Assembly: GCA_044892525.1 (NCBI GenBank)
Contig: CM097885.1
Span: 107,880,001 to 107,944,000 of the forward strand
DNA from: Schmidtea polychroa
Lineage: Eukaryota
Direction: 5' to 3'
DNA: 64,000 nt
The notes under the pieces were generated by a model that worked only from the letters and a program-made list of their open reading frames with translations, did not search any database and was not told the DNA's origin. Made by a program: the position numbers and the translations under genes. Positions 15,481 to 30,700 of this stretch are shown in pieces (position 1 is the stretch's first letter; each line of letters starts with the position of its first letter).

Positions 15481-15679
15481 CAACATTCAGTGGAAAAAAT
15501 AAATCTAATGACCGAATTATGGTTTTATGTGGAACAAATTAGTTGAACGTTTATGCATGATTTGTGTTTTTTGATACAAAGAGTTTCTGTGGCTAATCTT
15601 TCTAATGTATTTTGTGTTTTGTAGTATTTGGCGTTTTGTTTCGTGTAAAAGTGATGCTTGCTTTTTCCCAGTGTTTGTG

Positions 15680-15800
15680 ATAATTACTGTTTTAATTTTT
15701 GATCTGTTCATTGACCCGTATTCAGAATGTTCAATGGGTTTTCTCTATGTACATTGTATCGCATCTTATGCAAGTGATTTGATATAAAATGTCTTTCGAA
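15680..15800 (-). pseudogene. Penelope GIY-YIG endonuclease fragment
   Basis: Minus-strand YQITCIRCDTMYIEKTH*TF*IRVNEQ matches the PLE Y.I.C..C...YIG.T.R.L..R..EH motif. Confidence 0.7.
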
Positions 15801-17027
15801 AATCAAAAACATTTGGTTGAGGAGTGGCAGAGACAACGGCTAATGTTGCAGATTTTTCAGTTTTTCGAAGTTATAATTTCAAAGGTGTAGTAGTGGTGAA
15901 GGTCTGGTAAATTTGTATTGCGGATGAAAGATCTGATTATATTACATATCTCATTGTGTAAAAAAAGAGAAGCGTAGATATATTAATGGTTTGTTGACTT
16001 GTTTTTTTTATGTTTTTTAGCAGCNNNNNNNNNNNNNNNNNNNNNNNNNNNNNNNNNNNNNNNNNNNNNNNNNNNNNNNNNNNNNNNNNNNNNNNNNNNN
16101 NNNNNNNNNNNNNNNNNNNNNNNNNNNNNNNNNNNNNNNNNNNNNNNNNNNNNNNNNNNNNNNNNNNNNNNNNNNNNNNNNNNNNNNNNNNNNNNNNNNN
16201 NNNNNNNNNNNNNNNNNNNNNNNNNNNNNNNNNNNNNNNNNNNNNNNNNNNNNNNNNNNNNNNNNNNNNNNNNNNNNNNNNNNNNNNNNNNNNNNNNNNN
16301 NNNNNNNNNNNNNNNNNNNNNNNNNNNNNNNAATATGCAATTGAATAAATAATTAAATAAAGTAATAAATGAAATTAATACTTTTTAGAAATAAATTTTA
16401 TTAAATTTAAAAGTAAATACTTTTTATATTAAAAATTATCAATAGTTTGTTTTGAATAATTGCTTTTAATTTTTGTGTTAGAATTATATCAATGTTTTTC
16501 TGTTATATAATTTTTTATTTATAATTTTAGGATTTTTAGAATGAATTTTAATTCAATGAAATTGCACTGATAAAACAATTGTATTCAAATAAAGACTTTA
16601 AAGAATTTTTAAACAAAAATTTTAAATTATAAAAACCAATAAGAGAAGATAAAAATGGCAAACATCTAAAATGCTGTAAATAAATGTAAATGATAAATAA
16701 GTCTACCAGTTTACCTTTATTTTAACGGCAAAAAATCTCATGATGATTGACATTGTTTCCCTTTCTACGCAATGTATATTTCAGATTTTCTCCATAATCC
16801 CCAGAATTTCCTGGCTTAGTTGTTAGATTAAATTATATTTTCGTTAATGAATCTAGCAGAATGGATGAATTAATCTAATGAATTTGTTACGTATAACTAA
16901 ATGGATTTCATACAAACATATACATTTTAATAGATTTCTTTATATTTTACGCAAATAATAATTTTCATTCGATTTACTATAAATATGTGGAATTTAAATT
17001 ATTATAATTGTTTAAAATTTAATCCAA

Positions 17028-17030
<3 letters not shown>

Positions 17031-17104
<74 letters not shown>
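17031..17104. repeat. (ATT)n microsatellite
   Basis: Pure ATT run; similar runs occur at about 21256-21334, 23316-23369, 57602-57670 and 62932-63000. Confidence 0.95.
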
Positions 17105-17105
<1 letters not shown>

Positions 17106-20100
17106 GTCTGAGTGTGTGCAAGGCCTCAGACGTTTCTAAAACTTAGGCGCTTTGTAGAACCATTTTTAGAACCCTCGGTTGTAATGAAATGTCTAAATCT
17201 TATTTGTACTTATCATGATTTTTAAGATAATTTCAAAAGAAACGAACATGATTTGAAAAGGCGTAGAGAATACAATCCAACAAGAACTTGGATCTTCAAT
17301 AAACATTTAACTAACACAAAACAGGTATTTGTGCTCATGATTTTCAGTTAATTCCGGATTTAGGGGTTTTATATAAATGAAATACAGTAACGACAAAATC
17401 TTACGTGAAAGATTTAGTTTCCAATTAAAAGGGTGTTTAGCCAACGATGGAAGGATTACAAAAGCAGTGAAACTAATTATTACGTTTTTTTAATAACTCA
17501 GATCTTGAGAAGTCACATTTTGGTAAATACAAGTGGACAAAATCTGTGATTGGGCATATGAATACTTCCATGTTGCAAACATATTATATTTGTTAATAAA
17601 TAAATGTTTTATATTTTAATTGGAAATACTTTTAGGCTATTTAATATTCGTAGGTTCAATACATTGTGCTAGGGTACCTTATGGATGCAACAACAATGCA
17701 TATGAGTAATGTTTCTCTGTATTTCGGGAATCCCTGCCATTCTATTCTTACACAACTATATGTCCATGTATAACACACTTAATTTATTACAGCCAAATAA
17801 GGACACTGTTACAATCTTTTATCGTTTGTGCCTTTGATCATTTTTCATTTTAATTGTTGTTTATCTTCATTCCAAACTATAGATCAAAATTTTTATTTTT
17901 TAACTGTAATTTTTGGCACACACTTTTTTCATAAATATTTGAAAAACCTGTATTAAAAGTTCATGTTAAATAAATAAAAATATTGATTTATAACCTCGAA
18001 ATAAAACAAAGGACACTTTTATAATTATATTATATTTAAATCCTTTTATAACAGTTTTTAATGAAAATATTTATTTTAGAATTTATTAGTCCTTCTTATA
18101 TGCCATTTATTAGTGGAAAAGTATCATTTTTGACAGATTTTATGTCAAATCTCTTCCACGCAAATTTCAATCAAAATTTCAACAGTTTATTTCAAATATT
18201 CATAATTTTTGGTAAATTATTTATAATAAATATATATAAATTAAAAATATTAAATAATAAAAATTATTATGATAATAATTTAGAAGAGATAACTATTGTC
18301 GAACTAAGTAAAATTAATAAAGACAATAAAAATCTAAAAATACAAACTTTTGTTAAGATAAAATTAAATTTTCTGTATTATATGTTCATTAATATTCTCC
18401 CAATTTTTTAACATTAATTGGTACCCCCAAAAGTTGAAGAATTATTTTATTTTTTATGAAATTCTTAAATGGGAATTTTTAAATTCAAATTATTTTTAAG
18501 AAAATAACTCAAAAAATTAATTTAGTGAAAAATAATAATTTAACCTAAATATCAAGCGTATTTTTTGAATTGCAAGTATTCGACAATTTTAGAGAATAAA
18601 CGAAAACGAATCGAAATTCAGTTGTCCAAAAGAAATTTTGTTTTAATACATGTCAATAAGCTAATTATTGCATAATACAAAATATATCAGTGAGTCACTA
18701 TTCTGCTAGAAAGGAAATCATTTAATTTGATTATAAGACAAAATAAACAACAACACGACGAAAATAAACATCGAATATTGTATATATACCTGACATATTG
18801 TCCTTTGAAATTGTTTTCGTAGCTCGATTCGCTGTATGCTGAATCAGGGACATTGTCTCTATTTTCCAGTAACTTTTGGTTACATTCTGGTGAATCTGTG
18901 TGACAAAAGAAAATTAAGATTTAGATATGATCTTTTATCGAATATTATTTCCAACAAATACACATATTATATATTGTACAGAATTTATTTCAAATTATGC
19001 TTCATATTTTTATTTTTTAAATATTTATTTCTTTAATATTTAATGTAGTAAGCTTTGAATCAAAAAGCAAAAATTATTCCTAAATATTCTCAGAGGAAAA
19101 TCCCACAGCAATGTTATATTGAAAATGATAAATAAATAATTATAATACAAATAAATTTGTATTATTCAGATATTGCCGACAAAAATAATTATATATTATT
19201 TTCTGAAACTGTAATTTTATTTTTTCTAATGTTTACTATTATTATTATAAATTGAAATAATGTAACTAATTAAACAATAAATAATTTTAAAAATTAATTT
19301 AAAAATTATTAAAAAAATTAAAATGTAACCAAAAAAAGTAGTTAATAAAACAAAGAAATAAATTAATCAATATTTGATTTTAGTGAATGTTTATAATTAA
19401 AATCATTCATAACAGCTGTCGAATTCATTTCATAAATTTTGTTTAAAATTCAATGTAATTTTCAGAATTTGTTTTAATATTCAAAACTTTTTTTTCCAAA
19501 CTGATTTGCATAATGAAAATAATATTTTATTTAGTTGATAAAAATGTCATAAATAACAAAATTATATTAAAATGCATTCCGTGAATATATATAGATTTTG
19601 ATTATTTTTAACGTGTTCAAATTGCAACGGACTTCTTGTGATGCATGACAATAAGGGTCTCAAAAAATTATTTTATTTTACTTTTCATTTAAAGAAAAAA
19701 CAATTCATTATTTTTTCATTATTTGTTTTATTTCTAATTATATCACGTAAATTTACAAAGATTATATTTTCAACTTTTATGTGAGTGGCTTTACCCTGTT
19801 CTATGACATAATGTATTAACATTTCATTTTCATTACTGAAACCTTTATTAAATATTATATAAATCAGTTTGGCCAAACTTTATAAAATTGATAATATCTT
19901 GATAATATCTCTCTGCAAATTAATTATTTACTTTCGATAATTTAACATCTAAAAAATGTCATAAATGACATTCTAAATGACAACAAGTTGCAACCATTTT
20001 CTTTTCCAATTCCTGCTATCTTGATATTTTTTCATATTATAAATGTATATTTGAAAAAATAATGTGCTTAAAATTCGTGTTAAATCAAAAAAATATACAA

Positions 20101-21249
20101 ATAATTGGTCGATAGTCTAAAAAAAATGAAGATATAGGAAATTTAAAATGAATACAAATTAATGACGAAAATGATAAAACATATGTTGTAAATTTCATTA
20201 AAAATGATATATTGTTACAAAATAATTATAAATGCAAGTGGAGTAAAACAAATAATAAAACTACTTTTAAGATGAGAATTAAAAATATTTTTTATTTTCC
20301 TTTTATGTTCTTTCATTAATTACAATGATATGTTTAACATTTTCCCAAATATGCAAATCAACTCTATTAGTTCTTGTGTTAATTGTGACTTCATTATTAC
20401 CATATTTTTATTTTTAAATAAATAAATTTATTAGGCAATTGTTTTAATAAATAAAAATAAGGAGGAAATTTAAATAGTTGTTTCTAAAGATATTTGCCAC
20501 CAATTTTTGGAATTAATGTTTATTTTAAAATTAATAAGTTGCAAATAAATTAAAAGAAGGTATTTAATATTTATTTCAATACTAAGTAAAATGTTTTATA
20601 TGTTATATTGGAATGAGCTATTTACATAATTATTGTATATTATGTCTGTCGGAGTGTACGCTTTATAAAAATACTTCTATGAAATTATTTAATCAGAGAA
20701 TCTAACTTATTTTAGTTTATTGTTTCACTGATATTAATATGTGTTTATTAACACTACAATTGCATTCGTAAATAGACAAATATCTCAGAATGCAACATTA
20801 AATAATTACGATGTATAAATAATATAAAAATAAAAAATATTTTACATTTAATATTTATTTTAACATTTATTTTTGTCCGGCTCGCATGCTTTCAAAAAAT
20901 GCCTTGTAATCCATGTGCTGCAAAAGATGAACCACGTCTGATTTTAATAATAATTATTATTTATTGTAATAGACAATTTAATGCATTAATATAATAAAAT
21001 TAAATTTCTTTCACTACGCAGTTGAATAAAAAGTGATAATAATTTATTTCATAAAATTTTCAAGAACTTTAAAACATCTGCTACAATATAAATTCACTAA
21101 AAGTAAAATAAGAGACCACCTTTATAATAAAGCCAATTTAATAACATATTTTTAATTAAATGGAATTAAGATTTTTATTCATATTCCCAATTTAGAAAAT
21201 AATTTTATAAAATGGTTTTTGTTGAATTTTGACTATAATAATACCAAAG

Positions 21250-21335
<86 letters not shown>

Positions 21336-23313
21336 TAAAACAATAAAATGATAATTTAAGCCTCTTGCTGCAAATAATGTATTTAATGAAAGAATTTTCG
21401 ACTATAAGATAGTCCTTATCAATCTCCTTCACAATAATATTATTATTATTATTATAAAATGAAATATATTACTTAAAATTATAATTAAATATATAACAAA
21501 TATTTTTCTGCAGCTGATTTGGAAAATGAATTTGAATAAGCTTTTTTTAAATGTTACAAAGTCTGAAAATTTTAACGACAATTATTTTGAAGAATGTTTT
21601 TTTAGAATTTCATATTGACCAAAATTTATTTAATGTTTGTTGTGAATTCATTTTTTAGTATAAAATTGATTGGTTTCACATGGATAAATATTTTGATCGT
21701 AAAATCAGATAATTATTTTATTATGTCATTGAAATCAAAAAGAATTTACCGATGATTTATAGACAAAAAATGTCCAAGATGTCACAAATGACAAAATGGT
21801 CAAAATGTCACAAATATCGATTTATTTAACAATCAACGAACTGGGTACTAATAAATAAAGATTAAGTTAATAATTATAATTTTCCAATTAATCTTGTCCA
21901 TTTTACATTATTAAAACAAAATTTTGAAATCTTTGAATTTTCAATCTATTGTTAGATTATTTATAGTTTTCTTTAATTTTTTTGTAACTACTTATTTTCT
22001 CTATATTTTCTTTTTTTATAAATTATACTTTTATAAATTATACTTTTAATTTCTTTTGACTATGAAAATGTCTCAATGTGTCGATAAATACTTCCAAATG
22101 ATATTGTTAAAAAGTTGAAATTTTTAAACGGTATGTTTTAATTTTTCTATCTCATTCTTTTTGGCGTAAAAATAACAATTCTTACTTAGAAATGCGACAG
22201 ATGTCAATAGAGGTGATAATAAATCTTATTCATTATTATGTTAAAATTAATTGACTGTACACTTTTGTTTTTTAGTCATATATAATTTGTTTAGAAATCG
22301 AAAAATTTAAAAGGCGCTACAAATTTTTTAGGTTTAGAAGGAAACAACTCTAAGCAAGAGNNNNNNNNNNNNNNNNNNNNNNNNNNNNNNNNNNNNNNNN
22401 NNNNNNNNNNNNNNNNNNNNNNNNNNNNNNNNNNNNNNNNNNNNNNNNNNNNNNNNNNNNNNNNNNNNNNNNNNNNNNNNNNNNNNNNNNNNNNNNNNNN
22501 NNNNNNNNNNNNNNNNNNNNNNNNNNNNNNNNNNNNNNNNNNNNNNNNNNNNNNNNNNNNNNNNNNNNNNGACGATGCACACAAATTAGCTTTTATATAA
22601 ACGAAGAGTTAGTTTATACAATAGAAATAGTGTTTACCATGGTTTTGCTGTAACTATTTCAGGGAAATATTTCTCTAAATTCTACTGAGAGATCGAAATA
22701 TAACACGATTGAACAGTATTGTTGATTTTTCCCTATTGCTAATGCCAAAATGCATATGAGATATTATGCAAAACCCACGAAACAAAAGCAGGAACAAAAT
22801 AGTTTTGCATAGTAAAAAATAAAAATATATTTCAAATTTAAGAGAGGAATAACTTTTGTTTACATGGTGATAGATGCAAACAACCTGTACTTTGATTAGG
22901 GAAAATTTGTATTGTAAGTCAAGTTTATATTGACAGTGAAACATGATAATAAATTGTTTCCATTTCTCATTTAGATAATATACTCCTCATAATTTGTCGT
23001 AACGAATTATCCCATTTTGTATGTTTATCATAAAGTAGATAGTCAGTGTGATTGTTTCAATTGAAGAAACTTTTTAAAAAACTCCACGTTTTTAATGAAA
23101 AATATTAATTAAGGAAGCACTAGAAATTAATATTTTAATTATATATTTTGTATTGAATAAAATATTTCACAGTTGGTTTATTTCTGAAAATATAATTATT
23201 TCGCATAAATAATTTTAAATAAAAAAAATATTAAACATAGAATTTTAGGTATTTATTTGAATTCGGCGATACCCGAGAATTATTTTTATAATTACAATGA
23301 TTTTATTATTTTT

Positions 23314-23369
<56 letters not shown>

Positions 23370-23790
23370 CAGGGCCGTAACAAGGGTGGTGCGAGCGGTG
23401 CAGTCGCACAGAGCGCACATCTAAAAGGGGCGCAAAATTGGAATGAAACATTTTTTTAATGTTACCGAAAAATAACAAAATATAAATAAAAGAAATTATC
23501 AAATGGCCTACAAAACGACGCCCTAGCTAGCCTGTCTTTAACATTTTTGATTAGACTTGTCCATTAGCGTGCCTTCGTAGGTGTGTATTTTGTAAAATGT
23601 TAGTCCACAAAATGGGTTCCTGTCATTTTTTCAATTACCAATAGAATTTTAAGAGCATTACTACCTATTATAATAGCTGGAGATGAATAAATAGTTTACA
23701 ATCTTAACATGAATATTATAATTATTATAGTAGGCTGTTTTAAATTCGGGTTTTAGGGGCGCCAGATATATGAACCGTGCGGGGCGCAAT
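23370..23790 (+). mobile_element. hAT-like element inserted next to an ATT microsatellite; right end lost in an assembly gap
   Basis: Left end CAGGGCCGTAAC... with GC-rich GGGGCGC subterminal motifs, which recur at 23755-23790 just before the N gap. Confidence 0.55.
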
Positions 23791-26342
23791 ANNNNNNNNN
23801 NNNNNNNNNNNNNNNNNNNNNNNNNNNNNNNNNNNNNNNNNNNNNNNNNNNNNNNNNNNNNNNNNNNNNNNNNNNNNNNNNNNNNNNNNNNNNNNNNNNN
23901 NNNNNNNNNNNNNNNNNNNNNNNNNNNNNNNNNNNNGTATTATATAAATAAAAATGTAAATTATTATTATGTATGTAATAAATTTAAAGCGCAGTAATTG
24001 AAATCATTAAAGACATAATGTAAATATTTCTAAATTAAATATCATGATTAATACTGAAACATTAATTGATATATGTAAAAAATAATAATTTATTTAATTC
24101 CACAAAAATAAAAACTGTTGAACAATTTTATCTACGAAATCACCTCATTCATAAAAGTCAGTCACTGTAAAGAAAGTAAGGGAAAGTTGCATTGTTTTTC
24201 ACTTGGGTAATCAACTTTCTACAAGTGCCAATTTTAAATTAAATTGTATGGTAATTTGTACAATTTAAGTTAGCATCGGTTTCTTCAGGAATTATGCATT
24301 TAATCTAAAATATTTAAATTGTTAATTTATTTTTTATTTATAATTTTGAAACTGCTTTTCGTTATTATTATAATTATGCAATAGAGATTGAATTTTAAAT
24401 TAGTTTAGGAAATTTTATCCATTTTAGTATTAAATGGCAATGAACCAATTATATTCTTACGGATAATGCCTAATTTTCGAGTTTACACTCGATTAAGATT
24501 TTCCACAGAACTTTTTGACTTATTGCCAGTTAACAATAAAACATTTTGTAGTAATCGACTATTTTAAAAATTGTATAAATTAGAATTATATAAAAATTAA
24601 AGTTACTGAAATTTGTATATGTGAATGTAAAGTAATTTTGTTTAAATGTCACATTTTTTAATAATTCAAAATTTGAACCACATCTTTATTTCATTCTTAG
24701 TTTTTATTTAATATTGGTCATATATATGTAAAGTTTTCCTTATTCTATTCACCCAGATGTTTATCAAGTTTACCAACATTTTGAGTTGCAATGTTTCAGT
24801 CTTGATGCCTATTTTATTGACGACCTGCATACCAATCCTCGATATTCATAAACTCTTGATTCATGAAACTGAAAATAACATGATCTTTATTCTGTTCAAT
24901 GTATCAGTGAAGACATTCAATATGCAACGCAAGAACTAAGCAAGATTAAATACCTAAAACAGTGGTTTGATCACCATTTAGTCAATGAAAAGCATCAACT
25001 CAAGAAAGGCATTAATGAAATCACTAACCATATAATTTACAATCATTGGTGAGAGTATAAAATAAAGATATTCCTGAAAGTATAGCTTTTATATTGTAAA
25101 TAAAGTTGACAAAACCGAGAAAACTATTTATTGAAAATATCATTTATACAAAGGTAAAACTGATTTGTTAAGATTTGTTAATTATAACAAAAATGTTAGC
25201 AATATATAATGGTATGGTTTCGAATTCAATTTCTCTGTCACAATTAATTAATATAAATTTAAAGGTTGCTTTATAAAATAAACATTAATTATAACAAAAT
25301 TTACACTATTTTTTTAATTAACAAATTTACAAGATACCTTTTACTTTAAACATGTGGTTTCTTCATTTTGATTTTTATGTGGTTTATGACATATTTATAG
25401 ATGAAACTTTTTGATTGAAAATAATTTAAGATATTTTTAAATTATATTAATTTCATTTTTGATTGCGTATTTCAATAGTTATTAATTAGATATAAAATAA
25501 GGAAATACATCCTCTTTATTAAGAGTTGATAGAATTTGATATATTAAATACAATTATCAGAGATTTTTAAAATTTAGTGATATTGTTTAAATTTATTAAC
25601 ATTTCCCAAAGAAATCAGGTTTTTAAATAACAAAAAAAACAGTATATTTCGAATACCTAATTAATATAACAGATAAATTACTTATTCAAATAAATTTCCC
25701 AAAACTTACATGGAGAAGATTTGACTTTAATGAGGACAACAATAGATATATATAATAATCCCAATTGATACATCGCAAGCATAATTAGGTATAAATCACA
25801 GATGAATTATTTCCATTGATAATAATGATAGTTTTATCAAAAATAATTATAAATAAGAAATTATAGAAATTTAATTTATGAATATATATCATTTTTCTCA
25901 TAGGTGGATTTTTAGTACTCCAGTATGATTGGCTGCCGATTCTTTCTTTTACCAATCTTTAAATAAATGTAATTTTTCTCAAAAAAAATAACGAAATTAT
26001 TACATTGATAAAATATCTTAATAAATTTTTTTAAAAATTCCTATTAATATGGTTAAGTTATTTATCAAATAATCAAAAACTTTGCTTCAGATTTAAAAAA
26101 ATTAATTACTGTAACATAAACTGATTCATGTAATTAAAATATTTAAAATTATATTCTTAATAAGAATGTAATTTTTTTAATATTAGGTCATTTTTTCAGT
26201 ATTATAAGCGCAAATAAATTTTTTTATGAAATTTTCAATAGTTTATACTTATTTATACATTGTTTAAATAATTAGTTTTATTTACAAGGGCATTATTATA
26301 CAAATCAAATATTTATATTTAATTAATATTAAATTCCTTAAA

Positions 26343-27359
26343 ATGGTTTTATTACTTAATGGCAAAGTTGTAGAATTTAATCCTGATGAGTTAAGAGCTC
26401 TGTTGCGTGATCATCCATGCTCATTGGAGGCATATAAATTCCAAAATAAACCAGTTCAGGTCGTTGAAAATAATAAAAATTTATTATTTCTGCATCAAAG
26501 AGAAATGGGAATAATTACACAACAAGATCCAGCAGTTTGTTTCATTGGTACAGATGATGCGACAACTTGCCATTTCATAATATTAGATTGCATTAATGCC
26601 GGTTTGATTGGTGGAGCTCATCTTGATGGTTGTGGAACTGATTTATTCTTTGATACTTTCATATATCATGTGCGAAAAGCTTGTGAAAAATATAATTATT
26701 TAAGAAAATTGTCTACTTCTAAGAATCATTTAGCTGACAAAGAAACTACTGATATAACGGTGCAAAGTCAATTTGAAATTTCAGTTTTTGTTGTTGGTGG
26801 ATTTATCGATGATGATGGAACTTCAGAAAAGCTATCTAAAGATATTCTGTTGATTATGTCAGACAAATATTCAGATATAAATTTTCGATTAGAATTGTTT
26901 TGTGTAACAGATTTGAATAATCGGGTTAAAAGTGGTTATAATTATCCTATATTTTACGGTGGACTTTATAATACAAGAATTCATAAAATTTACCCTGCTT
27001 GCTTTGCAAAAAATGCCAAAGAACCTCAGCATATTTTACGTTCAACGAGATTTTGTTGCTCACCGACTATTTACAATGTTTATAATCCAGATGAATGCTT
27101 CCTACAACTAAACGATTTTGATTACAAAGGCTATGAAAATAGAGGTTATTATTTACAATTATCACAAGCTCCTGATAGTCGACTCCGAAAGTTTTCAACA
27201 TCTCCTAAACAAGAGAGAGAAGGGTATGAGGCTTCATTGAGGAATGTTTTCAGATTTATGTATGACAACCCTGAACCAAAACTTTCAATGTATGACGGTG
27301 ATTATGGAATGCGATATAAATGTGATAATAAAACAGGAGATTGGTTAATATATAAATGA
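26343..27359 (+). CDS. NTAN1: Protein N-terminal asparagine amidohydrolase (Nt-amidase of the Arg/N-degron pathway), 338 aa, intronless
   Basis: QREMG, GTDDATTCH (catalytic Cys region), HLDG, VGGFIDD, CVTDLN, YPIFYG and STSP motifs are collinear with metazoan NTAN1 over the full length. Confidence 0.95.
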   Translation: MVLLLNGKVVEFNPDELRALLRDHPCSLEAYKFQNKPVQVVENNKNLLFLHQREMGIITQQDPAVCFIGTDDATTCHFIILDCINAGLIGGAHLDGCGTDLFFDTFIYHVRKACEKYNYLRKLSTSKNHLADKETTDITVQSQFEISVFVVGGFIDDDGTSEKLSKDILLIMSDKYSDINFRLELFCVTDLNNRVKSGYNYPIFYGGLYNTRIHKIYPACFAKNAKEPQHILRSTRFCCSPTIYNVYNPDECFLQLNDFDYKGYENRGYYLQLSQAPDSRLRKFSTSPKQEREGYEASLRNVFRFMYDNPEPKLSMYDGDYGMRYKCDNKTGDWLIYK

Positions 27360-28999
27360 TGTTCCTTTTTTTATTTATGAGTTCCCCGGATTTTCATTTG
27401 TATTCAATTTTAGTTTCTATTATGCTTTCATTTATTGTTTTACGGAAATTATTTTCAATAAATTTTTGTTATTTAGGTTTTTTATAGAAAAATTAAAGTT
27501 ATTCTGTGGAAATTGCTTGTGATTGGCTGTAAAAATTTAATTCAATGGCATTTGCATTCTAATTGCAATGTTCCATAATTCTAAGCCTTTTATTAGATGA
27601 TATTTTAAAATAGAATGTGAAAACAAATACAAATGTATGCAAATTGTTAAATGCTGTAATTAAAAATTCATGTATAGCGGTGAAGAACAATCTATTCATT
27701 CAATTGCCGAATCGGATTAGTGAGCCACTTACAGTTTTTAATAATCCTCCTAGCTCCCAATTTTTAAAAAAAATTTGGTGATTTTTTTTTAACTCTAGTT
27801 GGAAATAGTTAATGTTCATTAAATAACACCCAATGTGTTCTTGGCAATTACATTTTTAAGTTGAACATAAAAGAAAACAAATCTTTGCCTACCTAAAAGT
27901 AGAGTAACAGGTACTGTGACACACGAACTGAGATGTGTATGCTGAAGCGGGCAAGAGCAAATAATTTAAAGTTTATTAACTGTTGTTTTTATACTTTTCA
28001 GAATGTTGTTCATGGTAATGGTAGCACTTCATTTTCCATGCGTACATACTTCATAAAAAGAACTTATACAAATGAGGGTTGACCTGTGCAAAGCGATCGT
28101 AACACCAGAGAGTTAAAGCCATTTCAGCCCAACAAAAATAAAGGTTCAGGCATTATTTGAAATTTATTAAAATTACTGAAAACTTTTTATCTTCATCCTA
28201 AAAATATTTTTGATTGAATATACAGTGAAAAAAATTAATATATAGTTGAAACAAAGTTTTTCTTAACGGTAAGCTAACAGAAAGCTTGCTTATTTTATAA
28301 GTATTTTTTATATTGAGTTGAGGTCTCGATAAAAAGAATTGAGATTCTCAACATTGCACTGGTGTTATCTATTTATATTGGTTCGTGTTATGTTTGCTAT
28401 AATGCGTGCGAGTTTTTGAACTGTTTTGTCCTGTCTGTTCAAGTTTTATGTTATGTAATGATTTACCTTTCAAAACTACAAGCAGATTAAAAATTTGGGC
28501 TATTAAACTGATTTTGCAACGCGTATACATACCATTTTTTCTAGCTATAAAAATACTATTTTCATTATCATAAGTAGTTTTATTATGTTATAAAATTTTA
28601 ATATATTATTTCAGTTATATTTTTATACCCTTTGTGGTCTTATTACGATAGAATTATTATATTAACACCATATGCTTCATTTTACTTGCTATGATTTTAC
28701 AAACTATTGATTTTATTTACCCGCTGATAATGTTGGAAAATAATATTTTTAATTATAATATTCCCTGTTAAAATTTAAACATATTGAATAATATACAGAA
28801 TATCCAACCCCATATGTACAATAAATTAAATATAAATTGTCCAATACAAATTATTACAGTAAAAAGGTTAACATTTCATATAAAATGTTCAATATAAATT
28901 ATTAAAGTAAAAAATAAAGTGTTAATACACATGAATCAAATTAAGTTAAGTGAGATTGTCTAAATTTGATTATGGGATTGTCGGCATTTGAATCTGATT

Positions 29000-30669
29000 T
29001 CGGGCTTTTTAAATATTGATATGGCTTCTTTTCTACTTTTTTTCGCATATATGTTCACGAGGTACTTAATTAGGTTCATTCTATAATATTTGATCAGCTC
29101 GAAGTTGTCAATGACCCGTCCTCTGTCGTCTAACATGTATGTCGTGAGGGAGCTACCCTACCAGAAAGCTGATAATCGGAAAATTATGAGAATAATAAAA
29201 TCCACATCGAATAAGAATTTGTTATTAAAATTCTGTTGTAAGTTAATTTTTGAAAATGTTGCTCCTGCTGATAATATTACCATCTTGTTTTTTGCTTGGT
29301 TTTAAAATAATCTGCTTTTGTTCTTCCTTCTTTTCTTCTTCAGCATTTGTGAAAATTTCTTCTATCTTGTATTATCGTTATTCAAACAAACTTAAAAAAT
29401 ATTTAATTAATTATAAAATAATTAAACTAAATATAATATAATGTAATGCCAAGGCACTACCATGTGTATGAAAATGTGTAAGTACTTTTGTTGTAAAATT
29501 AAGACTAAGAAATTTGAATAATTAAAATTTATTTATATAAGTTACAATTTCTTCACAAATCATAATACAAATAACAATTAACAAATAAAGTATATTTAAA
29601 TATTTATATAATCCAACGTGTCCTTTTATTATTAAAACCACTATAATTAATAAACATTAATTATTAAACATCACTCTCATCCTCTTCATTTGTTTTTGCA
29701 TCTCTTCAGTCATTCAGTTCTTCTTGATTTGATTAAGTTTGGAAATTGTAATTCAACTTGTCTTGGTGATAAGAATTTTAAAATTTTGTAAGGTCCCTCA
29801 TATTGAATTCCCTCCTTCTTTCGTCTATGTGGTTCCAAACGAACTAATACTTAAATACTTAAAAATTTAAAATGTCTTTTGCCTGTTTAGGTAAAGATAC
29901 CCATCTTTCTATTCAGATTTCTTATCACTACTCGAATCGGCTCGATTTTCTTGGCGTGGTCGCCAGTTGCAATTTCTTCACAAATCATAATACAAATAAC
30001 AATTAACAAATAGAGTATTTAAATATTTGATGAAAAATTTTCAACTATGATGTTAAAGGCAATCTAAGTTAAGTTAAATTTATAGTTTATATTTTAGAAC
30101 TGATATAATTTTATAATTTATACTTTTAAGTTTATAATTTATATTTGGTGAAGTTCAATTTATAGTTTATATTCCTAAAGCTAATATAATTTTATAATTT
30201 GTATTTTTAAGTTTATAATTTATATTTTTATGAAGTTAATTTTATGGTTTATATTTTAAAGCTAATATAATTTTATAATTTATACTTTTAAGTTTATAAT
30301 TTATATTTGGTGAAGTTCAATTTATAGTTTATATTTCTAAAGTTAATATAAATTATTCCACATGGGTCTTGAGGGGAAGATTATGGTATTTGTTATTTTC
30401 TAAATCTATATATACATACACACATCCACATATATATACGTATACACATACACCCACACATATATACATATATGGATATAATTTAAATTAATAATATTGA
30501 TGCCGTTTTCCGGGGGGGGGGGGTGTTACTAAAAATAGATTTTAGTGATTTTCCGTAATTTTATTGGAAGATAGGGCCATTGAAACTAAATTTAGAGATA
30601 GGGGAATCCCAATTTCAATAATTTGTTATATAATTTTATTTTTATGAAATAAAGATAATTATTTTAATA

Positions 30670-30700
<31 letters not shown>

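Noticed and set aside
9490-17720. Scattered possible plus-strand host exons (for example about 9503-9540, 13001-13066, 14832-14940, 17653-17705)
   Set aside because: AG/GT-bounded open stretches exist but cannot be linked into a recognisable protein without transcript data.
24735-25060. Protein-like decayed frames (ELQCFSLDAYFIDDLH..., KYLKQWFDHHLV...)
   Set aside because: Interrupted by stops and frameshifts, with no recognisable family.
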